DNA of 64,000 bases, taken from positions 12,729 to 76,728 of the forward strand of contig CAYGCK010000002.1 of assembly GCA_964348395.1 (NCBI GenBank), read 5' to 3'. Position 1 is the first letter of the stretch, and each line of letters begins with the position of its first letter. This stretch comes from an uncultured Candidatus Saccharibacteria bacterium (GTDB lineage Bacteria > Patescibacteriota > WWE3 > 9FT-COMBO-53-11). Positions 1 through 9,633 of this stretch are shown piece by piece. The notes under the pieces were generated by a model. It made no database searches. It was not told where the DNA came from and saw only the letters and a list, made by a program, of their open reading frames with translations. A program made the position numbers and the translations under genes.

Positions 1-498
1 GGTCTTAATGTCGATGCCGATTCTGATTTAATTAAAAATTTTGTTTTGGCTCGCCCACGCGACATTAACGTTAGTTGTGCTGTTGGAAAAGAGCATAAAA
101 AGCTCACTTTTTATGTTTTTAACGATCAAGCAATCAGTACTTTTGATAAGAGGTTAGCTGATGAACGCGCAAAGATCAAAGGTTACAACATCGTTGATCA
201 GCGAAAAATTCCCGTCCTCCCACTTAAGACGATATTAGGGGAATACATACCTGATCAGCAGGAAATAGATTTTATGAATGTAGATGTTGAAGGTAAGGAT
301 TTAGAAGTTCTGCAAACAAATGACTGGAGTAAATACAGACCCAGATTTTTGTTAGTGGAATGTCGGAAAGTAAATTTCTTAACTGATTTGAAAAAAGATC
401 CTATCGCTAGGCTTTTGAGTTCTCATAACTATGTCCCAGTTGCAAAATCTTATAACACTATCTTTTTTGCGGATAAAGATAACTATGAAAATAAATAA
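1..498 (+). CDS. FkbM-family SAM-dependent methyltransferase, C-terminal part (5' end lies outside window)
   Basis: Open frame runs from nt 1 with no stop. The C-terminal sequence (NFVLARPRDINVSCAVG...KLTFYVF...VDVEGKDLEVL) fits the FkbM methyltransferase pattern. Confidence 0.6.
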   Translation, partial: GLNVDADSDLIKNFVLARPRDINVSCAVGKEHKKLTFYVFNDQAISTFDKRLADERAKIKGYNIVDQRKIPVLPLKTILGEYIPDQQEIDFMNVDVEGKDLEVLQTNDWSKYRPRFLLVECRKVNFLTDLKKDPIARLLSSHNYVPVAKSYNTIFFADKDNYENK

Positions 499-1447
499 CT
501 CTGCTGTACCAGTAGTGCTTTTTGTGTATAATCGCTCTCACCAGCTTTTGAAAACATTGAGAGGACTTAAAGCTAACAATATCCCGCTACTCTACGTTTT
601 TGCTGATGGTCCGAAAAGCAAAGAAGATGCTGATGCGGTTGAAGAAGTCCGTCAAATTATAGACGCGATTCATTGGGTTAAAGTTGAAAAAATTTATCAC
701 GAAGTCAACAAAGGTTTGCGCCGTTCGGTGATTGAAGGACTCGATTTCATATTCAGTCGGTACAACCAAGCCGTCATCATAGAAGATGATGTTTATGTCA
801 CTCCGGGGTTTTATGATTACATGGTTAGATGTTTGGTTAAATACAAAGACGCTCCTGATATCGCTGGTGTGACTGGGCTCCGCTACCCGTTTGAAAGGAC
901 ACACCTTAGTGATGATAAATATGATGTATTTCTTAGTCCAAGAATTTCTTCGTGGGGTTGGGGTACGTGGAGAAGAGTATGGAAAAACATGAACTTTGAC
1001 CATCGTAAACTAGTTAAAGTTTGTAGTGATAAGAAACTCAATTTGGCTTACGGAGGTATAGATATGCTTGAGATGGTTGAACAATTTTGTGCGGATTATC
1101 TGACGACGTCGTGGGCGGTGATATTTTACATTAATATGCGCATCCATAACCAATATTTCATATGGCCAAAAAGGAATATGGTAGTTAACACTGGAGTGTT
1201 TGGAGGTACTCATCCTGGTAGTAAGGATAATGTACGGTGGCGACTCCGTTGGGAAATGGGACAAACTGAGCGGCCCGTATGGTCTTTACCTGATAAACCT
1301 ACTGTTAACCCTGATCTGTTGGATGATTTTCTTGCCTTTTTTGGATCGCAGCGATCTTACGAGGTTTCGCTTCAAAGAAAGATAAAACAAGCTGTAAGGG
1401 GGTTTACTGCTCGCATGAAAAGTTTCCCAAGGGATGTTTTCGGATGA
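485..1447 (+). CDS. GT-A fold glycosyltransferase (GnT-I/GT13-like, EDD motif)
   Basis: ATG at 485 (MKINNS). VVLFVYNR...LLYVFADG followed by VIIEDDVYVTPGFYDYM resembles the GnT-I-type DxD region. Confidence 0.55.
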   Translation: MKINNSAVPVVLFVYNRSHQLLKTLRGLKANNIPLLYVFADGPKSKEDADAVEEVRQIIDAIHWVKVEKIYHEVNKGLRRSVIEGLDFIFSRYNQAVIIEDDVYVTPGFYDYMVRCLVKYKDAPDIAGVTGLRYPFERTHLSDDKYDVFLSPRISSWGWGTWRRVWKNMNFDHRKLVKVCSDKKLNLAYGGIDMLEMVEQFCADYLTTSWAVIFYINMRIHNQYFIWPKRNMVVNTGVFGGTHPGSKDNVRWRLRWEMGQTERPVWSLPDKPTVNPDLLDDFLAFFGSQRSYEVSLQRKIKQAVRGFTARMKSFPRDVFG

Positions 1448-2192
1448 GGGGATAGTTGTGACTATACTCTGGGTTCTAAGCCAAAAGTTTAGAGTACTGC
1501 TCGCAAAGGCGAAATCTTACTATGCTAAGGTACTCCGACTATCCAATCGAGTGAGGGTTGATCCATATTTTGGGCTCACCCCGAAGGACTACTCTACCAC
1601 TTTTAACCCGATGGAAGTGCCTTGTCAAAAAGAAACCTACTATTTCGCACTCAACAATCTTGTAAAATCCAATTCTAAGGTTTTAGATGTGGGTTTTGGT
1701 CAAGGGTATGGAATGTCCATCCTATCGGTGTTAGCAAAAGAAGTTTATGGTGTTGAGGTCGACGAGAAAGCTTTGGATTTTTCAAGGAGGACGCTTCTTG
1801 GGAAGAATCCTAAAATTAGAGGTTTGTATCTTTACGATGGGTATCACCTACCTTTCCAGCGTGAGTTCTTTGATGTTGCGACATGCGTGGATGTTATAGA
1901 ACATGTTGAGGATTACGATAGATTTATCGACGAGTTGTTGCGGGTTTCCAGGTGCGTTTTGTTTTCCACGCCGAACCGCCGACCTGAATACACTAACCCG
2001 GATGGGACACCTAAGAACCGGTGGCACCTTCGGGAGTGGAGTTACGAGGAACTTGACGTAATACTGCGCAGGCATAATGCTAAATTAGAGTGGTATTTCA
2101 TTGATGGGCCATGGGACGGTCCGTTTAAAGTCGTAGATAAACTCTCCCGAAAGACGTTGGTGCTTATGCCAATACTCTTTAAGAGGAAGTAA
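1434..2192 (+). CDS. class I SAM-dependent methyltransferase
   Basis: Motif I VLDVGFGQGYG and post-I acidic residue (VEVDEKA); VDVIEHV motif. Start overlaps the upstream gene by 14 nt. Confidence 0.7.
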   Translation: MFSDEGIVVTILWVLSQKFRVLLAKAKSYYAKVLRLSNRVRVDPYFGLTPKDYSTTFNPMEVPCQKETYYFALNNLVKSNSKVLDVGFGQGYGMSILSVLAKEVYGVEVDEKALDFSRRTLLGKNPKIRGLYLYDGYHLPFQREFFDVATCVDVIEHVEDYDRFIDELLRVSRCVLFSTPNRRPEYTNPDGTPKNRWHLREWSYEELDVILRRHNAKLEWYFIDGPWDGPFKVVDKLSRKTLVLMPILFKRK

Positions 2193-2224
2193 ACCTAATG
2201 AAGTGTTTAGATTAAGGGGGGTTA

Positions 2225-2980
2225 ATGGTAAACAAAGTAGTTATCACAAACGTAAATAGGGCTAGATGGCTTGAAGCACAAAAGTTCTCTCTTGAATCTG
2301 CCTCGCGCAGCTACGAATCTGGTGACGATTGGAACCATTGGTGGAAGGAGAAGTTTGATGGTTACAGAGTGCTTGAGGGAAAAAAATTTGAAAACGTTTT
2401 AGAGGTGGGCTGTGGGCCCCATACCAACCTGCGGTTAATTCTTCCTCTTATAGAAGCAAAAAATCTGTATTTTGAGGATCCGTTGATTCGGGATTTTTTC
2501 GATTTTTTCGCTCCTGCGTCTGTGGGCTGGAAAAGACGCTGGTTCGGGTGGTTGAAACCTGCTAAACCCGGTCCCGAACATCACCTGAAGAAGATAGTTG
2601 AGGATCGTAGGTACCGGGTTGATCTTACTTCAGACCCGCTTGAGGAGCTTCCTTATAAAGACAAGTTGATGGATCTGATTGTTTGCAACAACGTTTTGGA
2701 TCACGTTATGGACGCAGGGAAATGCATGAAGGAAATGCATAGAGTACTCAAGAAAGGCGGTTTAGTAGTCCTCGGGCAGGATTTATCGGACGAGGAGGAC
2801 TATAGACGCAGTCCCGATTCTTGGAAGGATGTCGGTCATCCGATTAAACTAGACGAGAAAACCATAAACAAATATATGGTTGGATACGAGAGGATTTTTT
2901 ACAATGTTCTTCCCCGGGAAGAGGGTCGGAATCCTGCTGCCCACTACGGGACTTATCTGTTGATAGGCCGGAAAGGGTAA
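2225..2980 (+). CDS. class I SAM-dependent methyltransferase
   Basis: VLEVGCGPHTNL glycine-rich motif I; CNNVLDHV and VLKKGGLVVL motifs typical of Methyltransf_11/23. Confidence 0.7.
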   Translation: MVNKVVITNVNRARWLEAQKFSLESASRSYESGDDWNHWWKEKFDGYRVLEGKKFENVLEVGCGPHTNLRLILPLIEAKNLYFEDPLIRDFFDFFAPASVGWKRRWFGWLKPAKPGPEHHLKKIVEDRRYRVDLTSDPLEELPYKDKLMDLIVCNNVLDHVMDAGKCMKEMHRVLKKGGLVVLGQDLSDEEDYRRSPDSWKDVGHPIKLDEKTINKYMVGYERIFYNVLPREEGRNPAAHYGTYLLIGRKG

Positions 2981-2982
2981 TT

Positions 2983-4143
2983 ATGCTTCGGCAAGTGCTC
3001 CAACGGGTTTTGCGTAAAATAATAAATCCAGATACCGTAACACTTTTTCCCTCAGGCGATTTCAAAGGACGTGTTTTATTTAGTTATCTTGCCGAGCCTC
3101 TGCTTTGGAAAGATAGCGACCCTCGATTTGGGGGACACACAAATAAATGGAAGAGCTGGAAAATTGCCAAGATATTCCAAGGATTGGGATACGCGGTAGA
3201 CGCAATCGAATGGACCGACCACAAGTTTGAGCCGGAGAAGAGCTATGACGTTATATTTGATATTCATGCAAACCTGCAACGGTTGACTTCTTTTAATGCA
3301 AGAGCCAGAAAGATTTTGTATTTAACGGGAAGCTATGTCGATTACCAGAATTCAGCCGAACTCGAGAGGTTAAAGGAATTAAAAAAAAGGAAAGGTGTTC
3401 GTCTTGTTCCCCGTAGATTCATTAGGGACGCAGGCGACTATAAAAAATCCTTGGCGCTGGCCGATTACTGCCTCTTGGCCGGGAACGAAAACACTCACAA
3501 AACTTTCCCCAAGCGTTACCGGGGTAAAATCCATCCGATATCCAATCCCGGTTCCCACCTAGGCTGGAGGAAGTCCCGTGGTGCTTTTGTCCCGGTGCAG
3601 AGAGAATTTTTGTGGTTCTCGGGCGGCGGTGCCGTACATAAAGGTTTAGACCTTGTTTTGGAGGTGTTTTCTGCAAAGCCTTACCTGGTACTCAATGTAG
3701 TAGGGCCGGTGGATCATGAACAGGACTTCTTCGATGCCTACAGAGAAGAACTGACCCGAACGACTAACATCCGCTATCACGGTTTTTTGGATCCGTCTAG
3801 TGAGGAGTTCAGGGAAATAGTTTCTCGTGTTTTTTGCTTTGTTGCCCCCTCGTGTAGTGAAGGGGCCTCTAGCGCGGTACTGACTTGCTTGGAAATTGGT
3901 ATTTTTCCGATTCTAAGTCGCGATACGGGGGTATCTCTGCCCAGGGGTTCCGGCTTTTTTCTGCGCGATCTTTCAATTGGTGAGATTGGAAGTTTGGTAG
4001 ATAAGGCGTACCAAATACCTAAAGATGAATTGACCAAGAGAATCGATGTAGTTCAGAACTTTGTTTTGAAACAGCACTCAAAGGAAAAGTTCTCCGAAGA
4101 TATCAAGCAACATATCATACAAGCGTTAAAGATGAACGACTAG
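2983..4143 (+). CDS. GT-B fold glycosyltransferase (GT1/GT4-like)
   Basis: 386 aa. C-terminal half FLWFSGGGAVHKGLDLVLEVF...YHGFLD resembles the GT4 nucleotide-sugar-binding domain. Confidence 0.55.
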   Translation: MLRQVLQRVLRKIINPDTVTLFPSGDFKGRVLFSYLAEPLLWKDSDPRFGGHTNKWKSWKIAKIFQGLGYAVDAIEWTDHKFEPEKSYDVIFDIHANLQRLTSFNARARKILYLTGSYVDYQNSAELERLKELKKRKGVRLVPRRFIRDAGDYKKSLALADYCLLAGNENTHKTFPKRYRGKIHPISNPGSHLGWRKSRGAFVPVQREFLWFSGGGAVHKGLDLVLEVFSAKPYLVLNVVGPVDHEQDFFDAYREELTRTTNIRYHGFLDPSSEEFREIVSRVFCFVAPSCSEGASSAVLTCLEIGIFPILSRDTGVSLPRGSGFFLRDLSIGEIGSLVDKAYQIPKDELTKRIDVVQNFVLKQHSKEKFSEDIKQHIIQALKMND

Positions 4144-4147
4144 ATTT

Positions 4148-5134
4148 ATGGAACTAACAGCTTACTGTATGGATTGGCATATAACTCAAAGCGGTGCTTT
4201 TAAAAAGTTACTGGTGGAACCACTGAGTTCACGCGCAGAAATCAGGTTGACCCCTTGGGACGGATATCGCGTCCCCAAACCTCCTAGTCCTAAAAGGACT
4301 CTAGTTTTTTGTATGTTGCCCCCTGATCAGACATTACTTTCGCGCTCCGATATTAACCTAGTTTGGATACCGATGTGGGATCAAGCGCAGGGTTACGACG
4401 ATTCGTGGTGGAAAAATTTACCAAAAAGTTTGCGGGTAATTGCTTTTTCTGAAAGGGTATACGAAAAAGCAATATTTGCGGGTTTACAGGTGCTTCGTTT
4501 GCAATATTTCCTCGACCCAATGCTACAAAGTTCTGCTAAGTGGCACGATGGTCATACTCTTTTTTACTGGAATAGAGTTGGTTTAGTTGGCCCGAACTTT
4601 CTAAGAAAGCTGTGTGAATCTTTGGAAATTAGGAAATTTCTTTTTAAACCCGTTTTGGATCCAAGGATTTCAAGCGACAAGTACTATACACTACCACGAA
4701 AGCTAGGATCTACGGAAGTTGTAACTATTGGTAGCACAAAAACCCATCAGGAGTTTTTGAGATTAATTGAACCTGCTAACATTGTTCTTGCTCCGCGTTT
4801 AACTGAAGGTGTTGGGATGGTTTTCCTAGAATCCATGAGTCGTGGATGTGCTGTTATAGCTAACGACGGTTCTACAATGAACGAATATATTTCGAGTGGG
4901 AGAAATGGATTGCTCTTACGCGGTGGAGAATTTTCCTTACTTCGCCGAATAGCAAAACGCTTTATACCAAAGGCATCACCATTTCTGCTGTCTGATTCTC
5001 AACCGTGGAGAAAAATGGCAGAGATCGATTTTCAGATTCTGGGAAATAAAGCTAGGGAAGACCACCGAACAGGTTACAATAAATGGCAGAAGTCTCTGGA
5101 AGAGTATGCTGATTTTGTCTTGAATTGGGGATGA
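4148..5134 (+). CDS. glycosyltransferase family 4 (GT-B)
   Basis: LAPRLTEGVGMVFLESMSRGCAVIANDGSTMNEYI carries the E-x7-E-like GT4 C-terminal signature. Confidence 0.65.
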   Translation: MELTAYCMDWHITQSGAFKKLLVEPLSSRAEIRLTPWDGYRVPKPPSPKRTLVFCMLPPDQTLLSRSDINLVWIPMWDQAQGYDDSWWKNLPKSLRVIAFSERVYEKAIFAGLQVLRLQYFLDPMLQSSAKWHDGHTLFYWNRVGLVGPNFLRKLCESLEIRKFLFKPVLDPRISSDKYYTLPRKLGSTEVVTIGSTKTHQEFLRLIEPANIVLAPRLTEGVGMVFLESMSRGCAVIANDGSTMNEYISSGRNGLLLRGGEFSLLRRIAKRFIPKASPFLLSDSQPWRKMAEIDFQILGNKAREDHRTGYNKWQKSLEEYADFVLNWG

Positions 5135-5958
5135 TGGACAGTAAGATTAAAGTTTCAGTAGTAATAGGGTCGTATAATCGGCGGAGGTTTTTGGAACCCA
5201 CTATTGAAAGCGTCCGTTCTGAAATTGAGAATATACCTCACGAAATAATCGTTGTGGATGGAGGATCGGATGATGGGGCTTTAAGTTGGTTAGTTAAGCA
5301 GAAAGACATTGTTACCATCGTGCAGCACAACAGGGGTAGATGGAAAGGGAAACCTGTAGAGCGAAAATCGTGGGGATACTTTATGAACCTCGGTTTTAAA
5401 GCTGCAAAAGGGAAATATATCTGCATGCTAAGTGACGATTGTTTAGTGGTACCTGGAGCAATCAAAAACGAAATCAAAGTTTTTGAACGCGAACTTAAGA
5501 AAAAAAGGAAAATCGGAGCGGCTGCCTTCTATTGGCGCAATTGGCCTGAGCAAAAAGATTACTGGGTGGGTTTGACTTTCGGTAACACAGTTTTTGTGAA
5601 CCACGGTTTATATCTAAAGAAAGCTTTAGAGGAAATCGGTTACGCGGATGAAGATTCTTATCAGTTCTACCACGCCGATGGTGATATTTGTATGAGGATG
5701 CAAAAGGATGGTTACGCTTGTGTAGACTCGCCTGAATCTTTTATTGAACATTACTCTCATGCCAACCTGAAGGTAAGAAGGTCAAACTTGTCCGCTCAGA
5801 AGAAAGATTGGGAGGTTTATAAGGAGAGGTGGGGTAGGTTGGGCATTCCAAAGGAGGACTGGATTATTAGGAGGTTTGATGACCCAACAAAAACAGCCGA
5901 GAAATATTGGGGAGGATTAGGTTGGTCCCCCCGACTTAGGAGAGGATTAGGGAGATGA
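5125..5958 (+). CDS. glycosyltransferase family 2
   Basis: KVSVVIGSYNRRRFLEPTIESV...EIIVVDGGSDDG is the classic GT2 N-terminus. Start overlaps the upstream stop. Confidence 0.75.
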   Translation: MGMMDSKIKVSVVIGSYNRRRFLEPTIESVRSEIENIPHEIIVVDGGSDDGALSWLVKQKDIVTIVQHNRGRWKGKPVERKSWGYFMNLGFKAAKGKYICMLSDDCLVVPGAIKNEIKVFERELKKKRKIGAAAFYWRNWPEQKDYWVGLTFGNTVFVNHGLYLKKALEEIGYADEDSYQFYHADGDICMRMQKDGYACVDSPESFIEHYSHANLKVRRSNLSAQKKDWEVYKERWGRLGIPKEDWIIRRFDDPTKTAEKYWGGLGWSPRLRRGLGR

Positions 5959-6602
5959 AACTACATTTAGGTTGTGGGGAAATCTACTTGAAGAGTTACA
6001 CCAATATCGACTACCCACCCACAAAGCACACCGTGCAAACCAGGAGCATAGCGGACGAGTATCACGACATCACAAAGCTTCGCTATCCCAAAGAAAGTAT
6101 AGAGGAGGTAAGGCTGCACCACGTTTTCGAGCACTTTAACCGATCGGTGTATTTAGCACTTCTTGCTTCTTGGTGGAGCTGGTTAAAGGTGGGGGGAATT
6201 TTGCGTATAGAGGTTCCGGATTTCGATCGTACTGCCAAGGTTGTGCTTAGCCGTTTCTCCTCGGATAAAGCTAATAGGAAGGCGTTGCGGCATATTTTTG
6301 GGGCACAAGAGGCGCCGTGGGCGGTCCATTACGAGGGTTGGTCTGTGAAGCGTCTTTCCAGTTTGCTCTCGGAATTCGGGTTTAATGTAGATAAAGTCAG
6401 CAAAAACTCCTACAAGGGAACCTACAACGTCGAGGTTTTTGCAAGTAAGAAGAAAATCTCGATGGGGGAGAAGGATTTTGAGAGTGCCGCGAAGAGATTT
6501 CTTTCAGATTATTTAGTAGACGACTCATCAACCGAAAAACGTATGCTCGACACCTGGATCAAAACCTATCGTACGCAGATCAAAAAATCTTTTGCAAGAT
6601 GA
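5955..6602 (+). CDS. class I SAM-dependent methyltransferase
   Basis: MKLHLGCGEIYLKSYTNID is a Methyltransf_23-type N-terminus. ATGA overlap with the upstream gene. Confidence 0.65.
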   Translation: MKLHLGCGEIYLKSYTNIDYPPTKHTVQTRSIADEYHDITKLRYPKESIEEVRLHHVFEHFNRSVYLALLASWWSWLKVGGILRIEVPDFDRTAKVVLSRFSSDKANRKALRHIFGAQEAPWAVHYEGWSVKRLSSLLSEFGFNVDKVSKNSYKGTYNVEVFASKKKISMGEKDFESAAKRFLSDYLVDDSSTEKRMLDTWIKTYRTQIKKSFAR

Positions 6603-7498
6603 GAAAACAACCCTTAGTCTCGGTAATTATTCCGGCCTACAACGCCGCGCAATTTCTCCCGGAAACTATTGAAAGCGCGCTCAAGCAAACTTACAAAAAT
6701 ATTGAGGTTATCGTGGTCGACGACGGTTCAACCGATAACACCGAAGAGGTCGTGAAGAAATATCCAGTCAGGTATATCAAAATCGAACATTCTGGTGGCC
6801 CCGCAACTCCCCGAAACGAGGGGGTGCATAAAGCTAAGGGAGAACTAGTTGCGTTCCTCGACTCAGATGATGTCTGGTTATCCAAAAAGTTAGAGAAGCA
6901 AGTTGATTTTTTACGGAAAAGGGATTTTGACTTTGTATCTTGTGATGCCGTAATTATCGATGAGGATGGGAAGAAACTTCGCAAAAGCTATCTTGGTGGA
7001 AGGAAGATTCCAGAAGGAGAGGTTTTCTCTTCTCTCTACCAGGACAATTTCATTATCACTTCCGCTACCCTCGCAAGAAAGACCGTTCTTATAGATGCAG
7101 GTTTATTTGATTCGAGTGTGAATCTTGTCGGGGTTGAGGATTATGATCTCTGGCTCCGGGTCGCGGCAAAGTCTAGATTCGGTTTTCATCCAGGACAACT
7201 GGTTTTATATCGTGAGCGAAGCACAAGCCTTAGCGAAGTTGCTTCGACTGCCGACTTGGGAAAACTGCTTCGTGTTCTTCAGAAAAATTCCGGGTTGGCC
7301 AAACGACTGATGGGTCCGGCTTATAAAGCTAGGCTCTTTGAGTTATTCTGGCCACTTATGGTAGCGGGTGTGAGGGATAAGAGTTTACGGCGGGGTGTTA
7401 AGTACTTCCTGCTCTGTTTACGGTACTCGCCCGTTCTTACCGCAAATAGGATAATAAAGACAGTATCTAAAAGGTTTGTGGGTGAGAATAAGCAGTGA
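6599..7498 (+). CDS. glycosyltransferase family 2
   Basis: LVSVIIPAYNAAQFLPETIESALKQTYKNIEVIVVDDGSTDNT; DSDD (DxD) motif. Confidence 0.85.
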   Translation: MRKQPLVSVIIPAYNAAQFLPETIESALKQTYKNIEVIVVDDGSTDNTEEVVKKYPVRYIKIEHSGGPATPRNEGVHKAKGELVAFLDSDDVWLSKKLEKQVDFLRKRDFDFVSCDAVIIDEDGKKLRKSYLGGRKIPEGEVFSSLYQDNFIITSATLARKTVLIDAGLFDSSVNLVGVEDYDLWLRVAAKSRFGFHPGQLVLYRERSTSLSEVASTADLGKLLRVLQKNSGLAKRLMGPAYKARLFELFWPLMVAGVRDKSLRRGVKYFLLCLRYSPVLTANRIIKTVSKRFVGENKQ

Positions 7499-8682
7499 AA
7501 ATTTTACATACGGTTGAATTTTACGATCCTTCTGTTGGCGGAATGCAGGAGGTGGTCAAACAGCTTTCGGAGCGATTGGTAGAGCTGGGACACGACGTAA
7601 CAGTAGCTACCACAAAACTTCCGAACCGCAGATCCTCGGAGATTAACGGGGTCAAGATTGTCGAATTCGATATTTCTGGCAATTTGGTAAGGGGTCTTTC
7701 CGGCGAGATTGAAAAATATAAAAAGTTCTTGGTCGAGTCAAACTTTGGCGTAGTTGTAAACTTTGCCGCCCAGCAGTGGGCGACCGATATCGCTTTGGAT
7801 ATTCTTGGCGAGATTAAAGCAAAGAAGGTCTTCGTCCCCACGGGGTTTTCCGGCTTTTACCTTCCCGAATACCAAAGCTACTTTAGGAAGATGAAGGATC
7901 GGATTAAAAAGTACGATATGGACGTTTTCCTATCCAACGACTATCGCGATATCAATTTTGCCAGAGACGTTGGGGTGGACAGGAAGAAAATTACCATCAT
8001 TCCCAACGGAGCGAACGAAAAAGAGTTTTTGAGCAAGAGTAAGAGTAAGATTGACGTCCGGGAGCGGTTGGATACTCCAGAGGAGCACTTTCTCATCCTC
8101 CACGTCGGCTCCCACACCGGGGTAAAGGGTCACAAGGAGGCGATTGAAATCTTTTCCCGTGCCAAAATCAAAAACGCCACTTTTTTAATGGTCGGCAATA
8201 TTTTTGGTGGGGGCTGCAGCGTTTACTGTCCTGCCAAAGCCCTCCTTTTTAAATTTTCGCCCAGGCGCTTGCGTGACGGTAAACGTCTTGTGGTTACCCA
8301 GCTCAAGCGGGAGGAGACGGTCGCCGCTTACCAAGCCGCTGATCTTTTTCTGTTCCCTTCCAATATTGAGTGTTCGCCGATAGTTCTTTTTGAGGCGATG
8401 GCTTCCAAGACCCCTTTCCTAACCGCCGACGTGGGCAACTCGGCCGAGATTGTTGAATGGTCGGGCGGGGCCGGAATAGTTCTGCCAACCGACAAGAATA
8501 AAGAAGGTTTTGCCAGGGTGCGGATTCCCGAGTCGATAAAAATTCTAGAGGATATTTACCGTGACGAGAAGCGGTGGGAAAAGATGGCTAAGGATGGATT
8601 TTCCGCTTGGAAGAAGCGTTTTACGTGGGAAAAGATTGCGAAGGAGTATGAGAAGCTCTATGAGAGCTTGGCTAATAGTTAA
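7495..8682 (+). CDS. glycosyltransferase family 4
   Basis: MKILHTVEFYDPSVGGMQEVV N-terminus; C-terminal FPSNIECSPIVLFEAMASKTPFLTADVG is GT4-typical. Confidence 0.8.
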   Translation: MKILHTVEFYDPSVGGMQEVVKQLSERLVELGHDVTVATTKLPNRRSSEINGVKIVEFDISGNLVRGLSGEIEKYKKFLVESNFGVVVNFAAQQWATDIALDILGEIKAKKVFVPTGFSGFYLPEYQSYFRKMKDRIKKYDMDVFLSNDYRDINFARDVGVDRKKITIIPNGANEKEFLSKSKSKIDVRERLDTPEEHFLILHVGSHTGVKGHKEAIEIFSRAKIKNATFLMVGNIFGGGCSVYCPAKALLFKFSPRRLRDGKRLVVTQLKREETVAAYQAADLFLFPSNIECSPIVLFEAMASKTPFLTADVGNSAEIVEWSGGAGIVLPTDKNKEGFARVRIPESIKILEDIYRDEKRWEKMAKDGFSAWKKRFTWEKIAKEYEKLYESLANS

Positions 8683-8740
8683 TGGCAAATGACTAATGGT
8701 TAGGAGCCCTTCGACTACGCTCAGGGTAAACTAAAAACAA

Positions 8741-9613
8741 ATGATTACCGTAGATATTTTTGGAGGTTTAGGGAACCAGATGTTCCAGTATGCACTAGGG
8801 CGGCACCTCTCCCTGAAAAATAAAGACTCGTTGACCCTTAGATATATAGATGTGGGAGCGTTTTCTAAAAGACCGTACGCTCTTGCGTGTTTTAGACTTG
8901 CGCCGAACACAGTAGTGAGGTCAGAGGTTGGAGGTTTGAGGTCAGAGTTTAGGAAAGTTTTGGAGAAGACTATTCCTTTATCTTTATATAGAGGAGAGGC
9001 GCTAATTCGGGAAAGGAGCTTTCGGTTTGACCCGAAGATTTTGAAGCTTAAAAGAGATGTTCACCTGCACGGGTATTGGCAGAGCGAAAAATATTTCAGA
9101 GACATTCGGGAAACGATTTTAGAGGATTTTACTTTTACGCCCCCGCTGAACAGCCGCAACCAAAAAATTCTTGAAAAGATCAAGAAAACAAATTCGGTGA
9201 GTGTGCATGTGCGGCGTGGGGATTATGTTATGGATCCTAAAACCCACGAGTTCCACGGCGTCTGCGGTCCCGATTATTACCAGAAAGCGGTTAAGGTTGT
9301 CTCCAAGAAGGTCGAGAACCCGACCTTTTACTTTTTCTCGGACGACATCAGGTGGGTCGAAAAGAACTTAAAAACCAAGGTCGAGAATACTTATGTGGAC
9401 TGGAACACCGGCGAGAAAAGTTTTGTGGATATGCAACTAATGAGTAGTTGCAAACATCACATTCTCGCCAACAGCAGCTTTAGCTGGTGGGGGGCTTGGT
9501 TAAACCGAAACAAAGATAAAATGGTTGTTGCGCCTAAACAATGGTTCCAAGACCCGAGTATGGATACACGGGATTTAATCCCGGAAGGATGGTTAACGGT
9601 GGATAGTAAGTAA
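8741..9613 (+). CDS. alpha-1,2-fucosyltransferase (GT11 family)
   Basis: N-terminal MITVDIFGGLGNQMFQYALGRHLS is the GT11 (FutC/WbsJ-type) motif I; HVRRGDY motif present. Confidence 0.8.
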   Translation: MITVDIFGGLGNQMFQYALGRHLSLKNKDSLTLRYIDVGAFSKRPYALACFRLAPNTVVRSEVGGLRSEFRKVLEKTIPLSLYRGEALIRERSFRFDPKILKLKRDVHLHGYWQSEKYFRDIRETILEDFTFTPPLNSRNQKILEKIKKTNSVSVHVRRGDYVMDPKTHEFHGVCGPDYYQKAVKVVSKKVENPTFYFFSDDIRWVEKNLKTKVENTYVDWNTGEKSFVDMQLMSSCKHHILANSSFSWWGAWLNRNKDKMVVAPKQWFQDPSMDTRDLIPEGWLTVDSK

Positions 9614-9633
9614 GGCATAGGAATAGGAGGTAG

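Noticed and set aside
587-1003. Antisense ORFs of 60-250 aa inside well-supported genes (587-1003 minus strand; also 21411-22169, 35128-35898, 25002-25625 and 10681-11142, all minus strand)
   Set aside because: Each lies fully within a gene on the other strand that has strong family motifs, and none has a recognisable domain. They are typical spurious reverse-frame ORFs in about 50% GC DNA.
8036-8053. Hexamer tracts (AGTAAG)n / (GCAAGA)n at 8036, 13447 and 14095, considered as CRISPR-like or dispersed repeats
   Set aside because: They are in-frame, period-6, low-complexity coding (SKSK / ARAR linkers) with no spacers or associated genes. Not CRISPR.
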